NCBI RefSeq assembly: GCF_008935075.1
Contig: NZ_CP044545.1
Span: 2,769,587-2,793,586 of the forward strand
Direction: 5' to 3'
Length of the DNA: 24,000 nt
Source: Pradoshia sp. D12
Lineage (GTDB): Bacteria > Bacillota > Bacilli > Bacillales > Pradoshiaceae
Shown here: one piece after another, positions 1 through 9,567 of the stretch
Numbering within the stretch: position 1 is the first letter of the stretch
Layout: every line of letters begins with the position of its first letter
Made by a program: the position numbers and the translations under genes
The notes under the pieces: generated by a model
Seen by the model: only the letters and a program-made list of their open reading frames with translations
Told to the model about the DNA's origin: nothing
Databases searched by the model: none

Positions 1-1239
1 GTTATCTTCATCTTTATAAACCAGTCCAAACCCCTTTTCCATAATCTTAAGAGGGCTGACTGCCTCAAGAAGCGTTACCGTATTCAAATAATCCCGCTGT
101 TTACTTTTAACTGTATGGACAGCCGCACGGGTCATGCGAGACTCTATTTGTTCAATTTCACGTATTTTTCTCGATATCGAATTCAATGGAATATTACGCT
201 CCACCGCTTTCGTGAGTGCCAACAATTGGTCTTGTTTACGTTCGAAATAAAGCTTGCTGTTCCGTGAAATACGCTCCGCCACTCTATCCAGCTGCTCTAA
301 TTTTTGTTGATATAACAGGTGGGGATATTTGAAAGCATATGATTTATGAATAGCAGACAAGCGATTTTTCTCTGTTTCAATCCGCTGATTAGAGTAACGA
401 ATCAGCTTCGTTTCCATTATAGTAATCCGTTCTGCAATATCACTTACCCTTGGCGCTGCCATTTCTGCTGCCCCAGTAGGAGTAGGAGCTCTTAAATCAG
501 CTACAAAATCACTGATCGTTGTATCTGTTTCATGGCCAACAGCTGAAATAATCGGTATTTTAGAAGCATAGATAGCTCTTGCGACTATTTCTTCATTAAA
601 TGCCCATAATTCTTCAATAGATCCACCGCCCCGACCGACAATTAAGACATCAATCGGATACTCATTTGCTTGTTCAATCGCTTTTACGATAGAGGGTGCT
701 GCCTGTTTCCCTTGAACTAAAGCCGGAAAGATCAAAATTTCCCCAATTGGATAACGCCTTTTTAAGGTCGTAATAATATCGCGAATCGCAGCTCCAGTTG
801 GAGACGTAATCACTCCAATTTTAGCCGGAAACAGGGGGATTGGCTTTTTATACATCCTTTGAAAGAGTCCTTCTTGCTCGAGCTTTTTCTTCAACTGCTC
901 AAATGCAATAAAGAGCTCTCCAATCCCATCAGGCATCATTTCTTTTATGTACATTTGATATCCGCCGGTAGGTTCATAAACACGTATTTCTCCTCGCAAC
1001 AGAACCTTCATCCCGTTTTCAGGAGTAAACGCGAGCGATTGTGCAGATTTAGCAAACATCACCGCATTAATTCTTGATTTATCATCCTTTAATGTCAAGT
1101 ACATATGACCGCTGGAATGCTTTTTGAAATTTGATATTTCTCCCTTTACATAAATATCCGCAAGATGAGGATCTGCATCAAATTTTCGTTTAATATACTT
1201 GGTTAAGGCGGCCACAGTTAAATATTGATTTTTCTCCAT
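1..1239 (-). CDS. xseA: Exodeoxyribonuclease VII large subunit, N-terminal 413 codons; the C-terminus runs off the left edge of the window
   Basis: Missing from the ORF track because it is edge-truncated. The minus-strand frame is open from the ATG at 1239..1237 down to position 1. An AGGAGG sits at complement 1251-1256. The translation MEKNQYLTVAALTKYIKRKFDADPHL... contains the XseA motif VGRGGGSIEELWAFNEE. The position downstream of nusB-folD matches B. subtilis. Confidence 0.9.
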   Translation of the reverse strand, partial: MEKNQYLTVAALTKYIKRKFDADPHLADIYVKGEISNFKKHSSGHMYLTLKDDKSRINAVMFAKSAQSLAFTPENGMKVLLRGEIRVYEPTGGYQMYIKEMMPDGIGELFIAFEQLKKKLEQEGLFQRMYKKPIPLFPAKIGVITSPTGAAIRDIITTLKRRYPIGEILIFPALVQGKQAAPSIVKAIEQANEYPIDVLIVGRGGGSIEELWAFNEEIVARAIYASKIPIISAVGHETDTTISDFVADLRAPTPTGAAEMAAPRVSDIAERITIMETKLIRYSNQRIETEKNRLSAIHKSYAFKYPHLLYQQKLEQLDRVAERISRNSKLYFERKQDQLLALTKAVERNIPLNSISRKIREIEQIESRMTRAAVHTVKSKQRDYLNTVTLLEAVSPLKIMEKGFGLVYKDEDN

Positions 1240-1280
1240 TTTATATATGGCCTCCTTCTTCGAATTATTATTTTACACAT

Positions 1281-1327
1281 AAAAAAGCTGCCGTAAATGT
1301 TATTATAGCAATTTTCGGCAGCTTTTT
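1281..1327 (-). terminator. Stem-loop with flanking A and T runs between folD and xseA; putative intrinsic terminator or attenuator
   Basis: GCTGCCG (1287-1293) pairs with CGGCAGC (1316-1322). A 22-nt loop separates the arms. An A6 run lies on the left and a T5 run on the right, so a U-tract follows the stem on either strand. Confidence 0.55.
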
Positions 1328-1348
1328 ATAATCATACTCTTTATTATT

Positions 1349-2197
1349 TTACAAAGATTTTTTAGCAACTTGAACCGTATTATACATGAGCATCGTAATT
1401 GTCATCGGACCAACACCACCGGGAACAGGCGTGATATAAGATGCTTTGTGTATGACATCATCAAAATCGACATCACCGCATAATTTATTCGATTCATCCC
1501 TGTTCATACCAACATCAATTACTATAGCGCCTTCTTTTATATCATCCGCTTTAATCATTTTAGCAATTCCCACCGCTGCAATCAGGATATCGGCCTGCTT
1601 AGTGAAGTGTCTCAGATCGACTGTTTTTGAATGACAATAGGTTACGGTCGCATTCTCATTTAAAAATAGCTGTCCGACAGGTTTGCCGACAATATTACTT
1701 CGACCCACAACCACAACATGTTTACCGGCAATCTCAATTCCTGTTTTTTGTACCATTTTTAATATCCCAAATGGTGTACAAGGCATCAATGCCTCCTGCT
1801 TGGTCATCATTCGGCCAATATTAATTGGGTGAAAACCATCTACATCCTTAGCAGGATCAATCGTTTCAATTACCCGTTTTTCATCAATATGCCCCGGTAA
1901 AGGTAACTGAACTAAAATCCCATGGATATCCGGACGATGATTCAGCTCTACAAGCTTATCAAGAAGCCTGTCTTCGGAAATAGATGCAGGGTAGGTGATC
2001 AACTCGGATTTCATCGCCAATTGTTCACATGCTTTTTCTTTATTTCGCACATATGTTTGCGATGCCTGATCGTCACCGACCAGGATAACCGCAAGACCTG
2101 GTATAATGCCGTTTTCTTTTAATAATTCAACTTCACTTGCAATCTCTTCGCGGATTGTTGCTGATATCGATTTCCCGTTAAGTATCTGTGCCGGCAT
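1349..2197 (-). CDS. folD: Bifunctional 5,10-methylene-tetrahydrofolate dehydrogenase / methenyl-THF cyclohydrolase
   Basis: 282-aa ORF with an ATG start. The N-terminus ILNGKSISATIREEI is typical of FolD, as are the motifs VGRSNIVGKPV and PVPGGVGPMT. It follows nusB as in Bacillus. Confidence 0.95.
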   Translation of the reverse strand: MPAQILNGKSISATIREEIASEVELLKENGIIPGLAVILVGDDQASQTYVRNKEKACEQLAMKSELITYPASISEDRLLDKLVELNHRPDIHGILVQLPLPGHIDEKRVIETIDPAKDVDGFHPINIGRMMTKQEALMPCTPFGILKMVQKTGIEIAGKHVVVVGRSNIVGKPVGQLFLNENATVTYCHSKTVDLRHFTKQADILIAAVGIAKMIKADDIKEGAIVIDVGMNRDESNKLCGDVDFDDVIHKASYITPVPGGVGPMTITMLMYNTVQVAKKSL

Positions 2198-2236
2198 GAC
2201 AGCAGCTCCCCCTTAAAATCTTATCATCTTTTCTAT

Positions 2237-2623
2237 TTATAAAGATTCTTTTATCTTGGATAATACTGCATTAATAAACTTCGGAGACTGATCATCCCCA
2301 AATAGTTTAGCTAATTCGATTGCTTCGTTAATGGCAGCGTTCTGCGGAACTTCTTCGTTGAATAACAGTTCGTATGTAGTTATTCTTAAAATATTACGAT
2401 CTATATTAGAAAGACGGTCCAATTTCCAATTCTCTAAATTGGATATAATAAGACTATCTATCTTTTCCAACTGATCTGTCGTTCCATTTACCAATTGAAC
2501 CAAATAGGGATCTGCCTCTGATTCTTCCACCACATGTTCTATAGCTAGTTCTCTTTCTACTTTCCCAACGTCTATTTGAAAAAGAGCTTGAAGAGCTTTT
2601 TCTCTTGCCTCTCTGCGTTTCAT
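2237..2623 (-). CDS. nusB: Transcription antitermination factor NusB
   Basis: 128-aa ORF starting MKRREAREKALQALFQ..., the canonical NusB N-terminus. An AGGAG RBS lies at complement 2636-2640. Confidence 0.95.
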   Translation of the reverse strand: MKRREAREKALQALFQIDVGKVERELAIEHVVEESEADPYLVQLVNGTTDQLEKIDSLIISNLENWKLDRLSNIDRNILRITTYELLFNEEVPQNAAINEAIELAKLFGDDQSPKFINAVLSKIKESL

Positions 2624-2843
2624 GAATAATTCTTACTCCTTTACTTTCGAAAAGTACACTAAACTTTGTGCACCTCGTATCATATATGAAATCATACCAC
2701 ATCATGACAAGTAAAGGTAGTATAGTAACATCATTTAAAGATTGTCATTAAGTGATTTACTATTAACTTACCTGCAGATGCGAACGACATCTTAGGTCTC
2801 CCATTATTTCCTTTATAGTGAACTATATACAAAATTTGTTTCC

Positions 2844-2937
2844 AAAAAATAAAAGCACTCAGTATGGCTGATCTACCCCAAGAAAGTTAGATGAATACCT
2901 AACTTAATATAGGGAAGTTCAGTTCTGAGTGCTTTTT
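2844..2937 (-). terminator. Extended rod-like stem-loop plus U-tract downstream of the asp23-family gene; probable terminator of the accB-accC-asp23 unit
   Basis: The outer 12-bp stem pairs AAAAGCACTCAG (2851-2862) with CTGAGTGCTTTT (2925-2936). The apical hairpin pairs AAGTTAG (2884-2890) with CTAACTT (2899-2905). On the minus strand the outer stem is followed by ATTTTTT (complement 2844-2850). Confidence 0.5.
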
Positions 2938-2995
2938 AGTCGGTGCGTCAGTGCCACAATGAGGGCAGCCTATACACCATTAGTTATACAATTAT

Positions 2996-3403
2996 TTAGA
3001 TTGTATCCTGGTAATCTGATTCAGCTTTAGCTGTTTCAAATTGAATGCCAACAATATGAATATTCACTTCAGTTGCTTCAAGAGCAGTCATATTTAATAA
3101 TGTTTGGCGGATATTCTCCTGTGCTTCCTGAGCTACTTTCGGGATAGATACACCGAATTTCACAAGGCAATAAACATCAATTTTAATGCTGTCCTCATTA
3201 AGTTCAACTTTTACACCTTTGCCATGATTCTTTTTACCAAGCTTTTCTACAACACCTGAAGCAAAATTACCTCGCATTTGGGCAATTCCTTCTACTTCAC
3301 TTGCTGCTATACCAGTGATCACCTCAATAACTTCAGGGGCAATTTCAACCTTGCCCAATCCATCATCATAGCTCTCTAAATCTACTGTTTGATTTTGTTC
3401 CAT
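2996..3403 (-). CDS. yqhY: Asp23/Gls24-family alkaline-shock/envelope-stress protein (YqhY equivalent)
   Basis: The motif GKVEIAPEVIEVITGIAASEVEGIA is typical of Asp23/DUF322. I moved the start from the track's TTG (3418) to the ATG at 3403, because GGAGGTG lies 7 nt upstream of that ATG. This gives 135 aa. Confidence 0.85.
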   Translation of the reverse strand: MEQNQTVDLESYDDGLGKVEIAPEVIEVITGIAASEVEGIAQMRGNFASGVVEKLGKKNHGKGVKVELNEDSIKIDVYCLVKFGVSIPKVAQEAQENIRQTLLNMTALEATEVNIHIVGIQFETAKAESDYQDTI

Positions 3404-3432
3404 GTCATACACCTCCAAATCTTCTACCTCTA

Positions 3433-4785
3433 TTATGGATTCATAACGTCATAAGTTTCAAGAAATTTTGTGTTAAAATCTCCAGAAACAAAAACATCAT
3501 GGTTCATTAACCTTAAATGAAAGGGTATGGTTGTTTCAATACCTTCGACTACAAATTCTGATAATGCACGTTTCATTTTTTGAACAGCTTCGTCTCTCGT
3601 TGGAGCATGGACTATCAATTTTGCTACCATAGAATCGTAATATGGAGGAATAAAATAGCCTGTATATGCTGCCGAATCAACCCTTACGCCAAATCCACCT
3701 GGGGGTAAATACATTTCCACTTGACCCGCTGACGGCATAAAATTTTTATTCGGATTTTCCGCATTGATTCTGCATTCAATTGCCCAACCGTTAAATTGAA
3801 CATCATTTTGCTCAACCGATAATTTTTCACCGGAGGCTACTCTGATTTGCTCCTTAATTAAATCAATTCCAGTCACCATCTCTGTAACAGGATGTTCAAC
3901 TTGAATCCTTGTATTCATTTCCATGAAATAAAATTTTCGCTTGTGATGATCGAAAATAAACTCAACTGTTCCCGCTCCGGTATAATCGACAGCTTTTGCT
4001 GCAGTCACTGCCGCTTCGCCCATTTCGGCTCTCATTTCACTATCAATTGCAGGCGAAGGTGTTTCTTCTACGAGCTTTTGCATTCTTCTTTGAATTGAAC
4101 AATCTCTTTCACCTAGATGGATGACATTCCCAAACGTGTCCCCTAAAACCTGAATTTCAACATGGCGGAAATCTTCAATAAATTTTTCAATATAAACACC
4201 GGGATTGCCAAAAGCAGTTAATGCCTCTTGGCGGGTAATGCGAAAACCTTTTAGCAGATCGGCTTCATCTCTTGCTATTCGAATCCCTTTACCGCCGCCC
4301 CCGGCAGTCGCTTTAATAATGACCGGATATCCGATGTCAGAAGCAACCTGAATGGCAGCATCTTCATCATCCACAATTCCTCTCGAACCTGGCACTACCG
4401 GTACACCGGCCGCGCGCATGGTCTCTCTAGCTACATCCTTTGTACCCATTTTTGAAATAGCATCCGCTGACGGGCCAATAAAAATCAGATGACATTCTTT
4501 ACACATTTCGGCGAAATCAGCATTTTCGGCTAAAAAGCCGTAGCCTGGATGAATAGCATCACATCCTGTTAATTTTGCCAGACTGATTATATTTACCTTA
4601 TTTAAATAACTGTCCTTAGAGGCAGTGGGCCCAATACAGTAGGCTTCATCCGCAATTTGTACATGCAGGGCAGTTTTATCAGCTTCAGAATAAACAGCTA
4701 CCGTTTCAATATCTAATTCCTTGCAGGCGCGGATAATTCGAACGGCAATTTCACCACGGTTTGCAATTAGTACTTTCTTTATCAT
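3433..4785 (-). CDS. accC: Acetyl-CoA carboxylase, biotin carboxylase subunit
   Basis: 450 aa. Starts [20 protein letters not shown], has the ATP-grasp glycine loop GGGGKGIR, and contains [14 protein letters not shown]. An AGGAGG RBS is present. Confidence 0.97.
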   Translation of the reverse strand: MIKKVLIANRGEIAVRIIRACKELDIETVAVYSEADKTALHVQIADEAYCIGPTASKDSYLNKVNIISLAKLTGCDAIHPGYGFLAENADFAEMCKECHLIFIGPSADAISKMGTKDVARETMRAAGVPVVPGSRGIVDDEDAAIQVASDIGYPVIIKATAGGGGKGIRIARDEADLLKGFRITRQEALTAFGNPGVYIEKFIEDFRHVEIQVLGDTFGNVIHLGERDCSIQRRMQKLVEETPSPAIDSEMRAEMGEAAVTAAKAVDYTGAGTVEFIFDHHKRKFYFMEMNTRIQVEHPVTEMVTGIDLIKEQIRVASGEKLSVEQNDVQFNGWAIECRINAENPNKNFMPSAGQVEMYLPPGGFGVRVDSAAYTGYFIPPYYDSMVAKLIVHAPTRDEAVQKMKRALSEFVVEGIETTIPFHLRLMNHDVFVSGDFNTKFLETYDVMNP

Positions 4786-4798
4786 GAGTCGGTTCCTC

Positions 4799-5287
4799 CT
4801 ATTCGGCTTTTACTAAAAACAGAGGTTGACCGTATTCAATCAATTGGCCATCTTCCACCAATACTTCCACAATCTCACCGGAAACTTCAGCCTCAATTTC
4901 ATTAAACAATTTCATCGCTTCCACAATGCAAACAATTGTATCCTTCTTAACTTTTTCACCAATTTTTATGTATGGGTCTTCATCAGGCGATGATGCTCCA
5001 TAAAATGTGCCAACCATTGGCGAAGTAATCTTGTGAAGGTTGGATGGTTGTTCTGTTTTTTCTCCCACAACAGGCGGTTTCTCTTCTATACTCTCAGATT
5101 GAACCTCTTGTTTAGATACAGATTGTACTGCCGGTGCAGGCACTGGTGCATCTGTTGGTTGTATACTGTTTTCTAATCCAGTACTTTTAATAATTTTTAT
5201 TTTTGTACCCTCTTGTTCAAACTCAAACTCATTAATAGTTGTTTGGTTAATTAATTTTATAATTTCTCTTATTTCCTGTACTTTCAT
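4799..5287 (-). CDS. accB: Acetyl-CoA carboxylase, biotin carboxyl carrier protein
   Basis: 162 aa with a Pro/Ala-rich linker and the biotinyl-lysine motif [10 protein letters not shown]. It lies immediately upstream of accC. Confidence 0.95.
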   Translation of the reverse strand: MKVQEIREIIKLINQTTINEFEFEQEGTKIKIIKSTGLENSIQPTDAPVPAPAVQSVSKQEVQSESIEEKPPVVGEKTEQPSNLHKITSPMVGTFYGASSPDEDPYIKIGEKVKKDTIVCIVEAMKLFNEIEAEVSGEIVEVLVEDGQLIEYGQPLFLVKAE

Positions 5288-5998
5288 CAGGAACCACCCC
5301 TCCTATTTATGACCAGATACTAATATAATACTATAATAGCTGGTAGAAATTCAATTTTGATAAATAGATACCCCTTTTGCAAGTTTCTAATTTTTGTTAA
5401 AAAGATTATTAAAAAAATCCAGTTATTCAGTCTGTATGCGCATACAAAACTTACTCTAGCTGCTTGATTCGGCAATGAAGTGAGTAGTTTATTTCCTCAA
5501 AAAAAGCATTTAAATTTCACTAGTAAAATCTCTATAGATCAATTTAGAAGCTTTCCTAATTTAACTCCCTCCTCTGCTTTCTCTTATGGCAGGTTATTTA
5601 CAAGTTCGATAAAAACACCTCACAATCCTTTTTATTTACATATAAAATTATTGGATTGTTTACTAAAACTAATAATCCCACCCTGAGATGAGCTACGTTA
5701 AATATCTGTAAAACTATATAAACAGAATTTTGACGGCCTGCTTTTAAAGAGTTTCCTAATCTCTCTGGACGTATTCCAGATAACCACAGATTACCTAAAA
5801 TCTTTTTCAGATACGTCAGCTTGTCCGATTCCATTTTTATTTACTGATAGATACACATACTTGCTTCTTCCTGCCAATACTAACATTATGAAAACACTGT
5901 TCACCTGATTACGCTCCATCATATGCCGGCAGATCTGATTTGAATTATATAAACTAGCAATTATGGAGGGGAATTGGCTTTTAAAACTTTCCTTACAC

Positions 5999-6033
5999 CA
6001 AAAACGATATCGGCAGCTCACCGATATCGTTTT
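5999..6033 (-). terminator. Rho-independent terminator of the spoIIIA operon
   Basis: A perfect 10-bp stem pairs ACGATATCGG (6004-6013) with CCGATATCGT (6021-6030) around a 7-nt loop. A U-tract follows on the minus strand (A run at 6000-6004 on plus). It starts 12 nt after the spoIIIAH stop. Confidence 0.85.
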
Positions 6034-6044
6034 ATAGATTGGTA

Positions 6045-6608
6045 CTATTTTTCCGGTTGAAATTCAACAGCAACTGCATTTGTTTTGCCAATTTCTTTTG
6101 TGACCATTTGGATAATTTCATTTGCAGCCCCTGCATCCTGTTTATCAGCTTTTACGGTAATTTGAATTTGATCACCATCAGCCCTTACCAATGCGTCTTT
6201 ATAACCAAGTGCAATAATCATCGTCTCTAGCATATCCTCTTTTGTGGACATTTCGGCCAATGCCTCAATCTGTGCGTGTGCTTCCACTCTCTCTTCTTCC
6301 GATAAATCGCTTGAAGCGACTTTATTTGTCAGTTCCTCTTTCTGCCTGCTTCTTTCATCATTCAGATCAATACGCATCGCTTCAAAAATAGAATCACTTG
6401 ATTCATTTGTTATAACTGTGGAAGACTCTTCATTTTCAGTTGAATCTTTAGACGAATTTGTATTTGTATTTGTTTTTTCTTTCGTAGTCTGAGTATCCTG
6501 TTCCTGATTTACCGCTGTATCCTGTGGTGTTGTTATATAATATACACTTAGCACCGCCACCAAACTTAACATCGTCAATAACCAAACTGTTTGCTTTCTT
6601 AACAACAT
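6045..6608 (-). CDS. spoIIIAH: Stage III sporulation protein AH (feeding-tube/channel component, YscJ/FliF-like domain)
   Basis: 187 aa. It has an N-terminal TM segment (MLLRKQTVWLLTMLSLVAVLSVYY), an acidic, polar low-complexity linker and a C-terminal domain. It is the last gene of an eight-gene spoIIIA cluster. Confidence 0.88.
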   Translation of the reverse strand: MLLRKQTVWLLTMLSLVAVLSVYYITTPQDTAVNQEQDTQTTKEKTNTNTNSSKDSTENEESSTVITNESSDSIFEAMRIDLNDERSRQKEELTNKVASSDLSEEERVEAHAQIEALAEMSTKEDMLETMIIALGYKDALVRADGDQIQITVKADKQDAGAANEIIQMVTKEIGKTNAVAVEFQPEK

Positions 6609-6628
6609 ATTTTTCCTCCTTAAAATCC

Positions 6629-7288
6629 TTATTTTTTAGCTGATACGGCTACACGGTGACTTGGTACATCCAGCACCCTGGTTACCGCATCAATGATTTC
6701 CTTTTTTACACGAACATCATCTGCTCCCTTTGCCACAATTAATACTCCACGAATAGCCGGTTTCTTCGTTTCTCTAACCAGAGGAACCTCTTTATCCCCT
6801 TCGCGTATAATCACAATCTTTTCATCTGTTGAAAAATCCTCAACCTTTCTCTGCCCGCCATCACGGTCTGTTTCTTCTGTTGTTTGGCGCTGCGCGACTG
6901 AATTCTTTTCGTAAACCTTTGTTTCTGTTGCGTCAATATTGACGATAACGGATACATTTGATACCCCTTGCATCGTTTCCAATGTACCCTTCAATTCACT
7001 TTCATACATTTTTTCAATATCTCCGATTGATCCAGACTTTTTTGATGAAGTTGATTTCCAGGTCGTGACCGCTTCCTCTTCTTTCTGATTTTGCGTAGAA
7101 CTCGCTTGAAAAACTTTATTTGTTTGTCCATTTTCAGAGGTGGGTTTATTCGTAAACATGCTTGCCACCATCAGTAATATACCGGCAATTAAAATAATGG
7201 CAAGATACCGATATGTTTTCTTTTGTTTGCCTCCCTCATCTCCTTTGGACAATAAGTCCTTAATCTTTTGAATCCAATCATTCTTCAA
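6629..7288 (-). CDS. spoIIIAG: Stage III sporulation protein AG
   Basis: 219 aa with a single N-terminal TM segment and a C-terminal ring-forming-type domain (VSVIVNIDAT...VAVSAKK). The TTG start overlaps the spoIIIAF stop. Operon position supports the call. Confidence 0.88.
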   Translation of the reverse strand: MKNDWIQKIKDLLSKGDEGGKQKKTYRYLAIILIAGILLMVASMFTNKPTSENGQTNKVFQASSTQNQKEEEAVTTWKSTSSKKSGSIGDIEKMYESELKGTLETMQGVSNVSVIVNIDATETKVYEKNSVAQRQTTEETDRDGGQRKVEDFSTDEKIVIIREGDKEVPLVRETKKPAIRGVLIVAKGADDVRVKKEIIDAVTRVLDVPSHRVAVSAKK

Positions 7289-7911
7289 AGCCCATCACCC
7301 CCTTCATTTAATCCGATTACAATTTTATTTGAATCGATCCCCCATATATTAGATAGTATTGTGGATAGTTCGGATGACGGTATATCATTCATATTGGTTT
7401 GTTTCTGATCAATGTTAATATCAATTTTTTCTACGGGCTGCACAACCTCTGAGCTGGACTCTTGGCTTTCTGCCACAAATACGTGTATGGTTTCAATATT
7501 TTCTACATTCATTTCTCCATTCTTATCCAAAAGTGTAATTGTAATATCTTGAATGGCATAATTACTTTGGTCCATCAGCTCCTTTTCTGCTTCATTCTTT
7601 AATTGGACAGCCATATGTTCCAATATATATGCCTGCTGTGTCTCTTCTATTTCTCTTTTCTTACTTTCCATTGAATTTTCTAATTTTGGATTTTTCCATG
7701 TACTGCTCTGCATGATTTTTTCCTGAATGTTACTTGTAAAATTTTTATTAAAAATAGATAGAATGGGAGCGATGAAAACAGCGATCAAAAGTAACCCGAT
7801 AACTAGCTTTGTATATTTCTGCATGGTCGAGTTTGGGAGAAGCATGTCCAAAATGATCGCAAATAAGATAAAAACGATTATATTAGTTACCCAGTCAGTT
7901 AAAATACTCAT
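7285..7911 (-). CDS. spoIIIAF: Stage III sporulation protein AF
   Basis: 208 aa with two N-terminal TM helices (VTNIIVFILFAIILDMLLP and LVIGLLLIAVFIAPILSIF). Operon position supports the call. Confidence 0.85.
   Translation of the reverse strand: MSILTDWVTNIIVFILFAIILDMLLPNSTMQKYTKLVIGLLLIAVFIAPILSIFNKNFTSNIQEKIMQSSTWKNPKLENSMESKKREIEETQQAYILEHMAVQLKNEAEKELMDQSNYAIQDITITLLDKNGEMNVENIETIHVFVAESQESSSEVVQPVEKIDINIDQKQTNMNDIPSSELSTILSNIWGIDSNKIVIGLNEGGDGL
7482..7510 (-). promoter_or_regulatory. Candidate internal sigma-E-type promoter inside spoIIIAF, upstream of spoIIIAG
   Basis: The minus strand reads GAATGTA-N14-CATACACG, against the sigma-E consensus kmATATT-N14-CATACAmT. An internal promoter ahead of spoIIIAG is known in B. 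subtilis. This is a motif match by eye only. Confidence 0.3.
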
Positions 7912-7923
7912 TCATTCAGCCTC

Positions 7924-9120
7924 CTATCGAACCATCATCGTGATATTTCCTGCAGCCACGATTACAGTAACAGTCAGGAAGAACATAAGGCTGACAATGG
8001 CCAATGCAGCGAAAACGAAAATGATATTTTTACTGATGATCTCGAGACACTTAATCATCTGCCCAGCTCCAAGCGGTTGTAAAATCGCTGCAGCCACCTT
8101 ATATACCATGGCGATTAACAATATCTTTAAAGCTGGAAAAGCTGTCATAATCAATAGAATGACCACACCCGCTATCCCAACTGTATTTTTTAAGAGGAGA
8201 GATGCTCCAATTACGGTATCAGCTGCATCGGTAAACATCCTTCCAACTACCGGAATAAAATTCCCAGTCACAAATTTTGCTGTTCTGATCCCAATTCCAT
8301 CCGCCACTGCAGTTGATACTCCTTGCACGGAGATCACTCCTAGAAATACGGTCATGAAGATACCCAGCAATCCCACACTCCAGGTTCGTAATAATCCAGC
8401 TAATTGAGTGACCTTGTAGTGCTCAGAAAGCATGCTGACTATGCTTAGCAGAGTCGATAGAAATAACATCGGCAAAACAATATATTCAATTAACGCTCCA
8501 CTCGTATTCATTAAAAACAGGAGCATCGGATGAAAGAATGCTGATGACAGAACACCTCCAGAGCTTGCGATTAGCGCAAGCAATAAAGGGATTAAGGCAA
8601 CCAGAAAATCCGTGATGGCGGCAATCGTATCTATCACATAATCAACTGCTACATAGAAGCTATTCAGTGCAATAATCATCAAAACCATAAAGACAATTGC
8701 ATTTGCCACTTTACTGACAGATGTTTTTTCAAATGTGCTTTGCAATGTTTGCAGAAAGACACTGAATACAGTCAACAGAATGAGCGTTCCGAGTAATTTT
8801 CCATTAGCAATAATTTCATGGAAGATGAATTTGAGAATACCACTGAGCCATTCTTTTAAAGAGAATTTTTTCTCTCCACTTATAAAATCTACAAAGCTTC
8901 CTTTTTGGGACTCAGGCAAAAAACCTCCATATTCCTCGTAAACCGAATCCCAAAATTGTTTTAAATCATCAAGAGGAATATCGCCCACATTAAATGTTTC
9001 AACAGCCTGCGTTTCTTCTGGCAAATCAGTAGAGGTGGGAGAGGCTTGAGTTGTTTGGCCATTGCTTAAGCTAAGAATTAGAAATAGAATGATGATACTT
9101 GTCCACTTTAATTGCTTCAT
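7924..9120 (-). CDS. spoIIIAE: Stage III sporulation protein AE (polytopic membrane protein)
   Basis: 398 aa with an N-terminal signal-like segment followed by multiple TM helices. Size and operon position match SpoIIIAE. Confidence 0.9.
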   Translation of the reverse strand: MKQLKWTSIIILFLILSLSNGQTTQASPTSTDLPEETQAVETFNVGDIPLDDLKQFWDSVYEEYGGFLPESQKGSFVDFISGEKKFSLKEWLSGILKFIFHEIIANGKLLGTLILLTVFSVFLQTLQSTFEKTSVSKVANAIVFMVLMIIALNSFYVAVDYVIDTIAAITDFLVALIPLLLALIASSGGVLSSAFFHPMLLFLMNTSGALIEYIVLPMLFLSTLLSIVSMLSEHYKVTQLAGLLRTWSVGLLGIFMTVFLGVISVQGVSTAVADGIGIRTAKFVTGNFIPVVGRMFTDAADTVIGASLLLKNTVGIAGVVILLIMTAFPALKILLIAMVYKVAAAILQPLGAGQMIKCLEIISKNIIFVFAALAIVSLMFFLTVTVIVAAGNITMMVR

Positions 9121-9157
9121 TTATTCTTCAGCCCCTTTAAACCTTTCACCACAATGA

Positions 9158-9541
9158 TTAGTTAGGAATCATCTGAATGACACTTTCAATAATGACCGTT
9201 AAAATTGGAATGGCCATCGTGAGGATAATAATCTTTCCAGCCAATTCAATTTTTGAAGCAATTGCACCCTGCCCAGCATCTTTTGTTATTTGTGATGTAA
9301 ATTCAGCGATATAGGCAATTCCAATGATTTTCAAAACTGTTTGTAAGTAAATCATATTCACATTTGCATTAACGGCCAATTGCTGAATCATTTGAATGAT
9401 TTCGTAGATTTTATCTATCAGAAAAAGAAATATAGCGCTTCCGACAAATACAACAAGTAAGAAAGCTAAATTTGGCTTTTGTTCCTTGATGATCATTGCC
9501 AGAAATGCTCCAACCAGTGCAACACCCGTTATCTGCAACAT
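9158..9541 (-). CDS. spoIIIAD: Stage III sporulation protein AD
   Basis: 127-aa hydrophobic protein. Operon position supports the call. Confidence 0.88.
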   Translation of the reverse strand: MLQITGVALVGAFLAMIIKEQKPNLAFLLVVFVGSAIFLFLIDKIYEIIQMIQQLAVNANVNMIYLQTVLKIIGIAYIAEFTSQITKDAGQGAIASKIELAGKIIILTMAIPILTVIIESVIQMIPN

Positions 9542-9567
9542 TTCAATGGCTCATCACCCCAATATTC

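Noticed and set aside
2715-2750. A possible nusB promoter (ATGACA-18-TATACT on the minus strand)
   Set aside because: It is only a moderate hexamer match in AT-rich DNA, and several alternatives exist nearby. This is not strong enough to list as a feature.
5307-5323. A FapR-operator-like sequence (TTAGTATCTGGTCATAA on the minus strand) just upstream of the accB RBS
   Set aside because: It resembles my recollection of the FapR inverted repeat (roughly TTAGTACC.GGTACTAA). However, the right half-site is scrambled (GTCATAA), the internal symmetry is only 5/8, accBC is not part of the B. subtilis FapR regulon as I recall it, and I cannot verify the consensus. A position-weight-matrix scan would be needed to decide.
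5598-6021. Two overlapping minus-strand ORFs (76 and 78 aa) as candidate yqhV-like genes
   Set aside because: Neither has a Shine-Dalgarno sequence. The first starts within the spoIIIA terminator stem. The sequences do not look like a small hydrophobic DUF2619-type protein. At most they are remnants of a pseudogene.
7727-8407. A 226-aa plus-strand ORF antisense to spoIIIAE and spoIIIAF
   Set aside because: This is a typical shadow ORF opposite a hydrophobic membrane-protein gene. It has no RBS and its composition mirrors the sense gene. The other short antisense ORFs in the track were rejected for the same reason (859-1077, 1446-2122, 3892-4098, 6244-6492, 6693-6914, 8735-8941, 10339-10766, 12519-13117, 14437-15200, 18275-19687, 20643-20861, 22513-22851).
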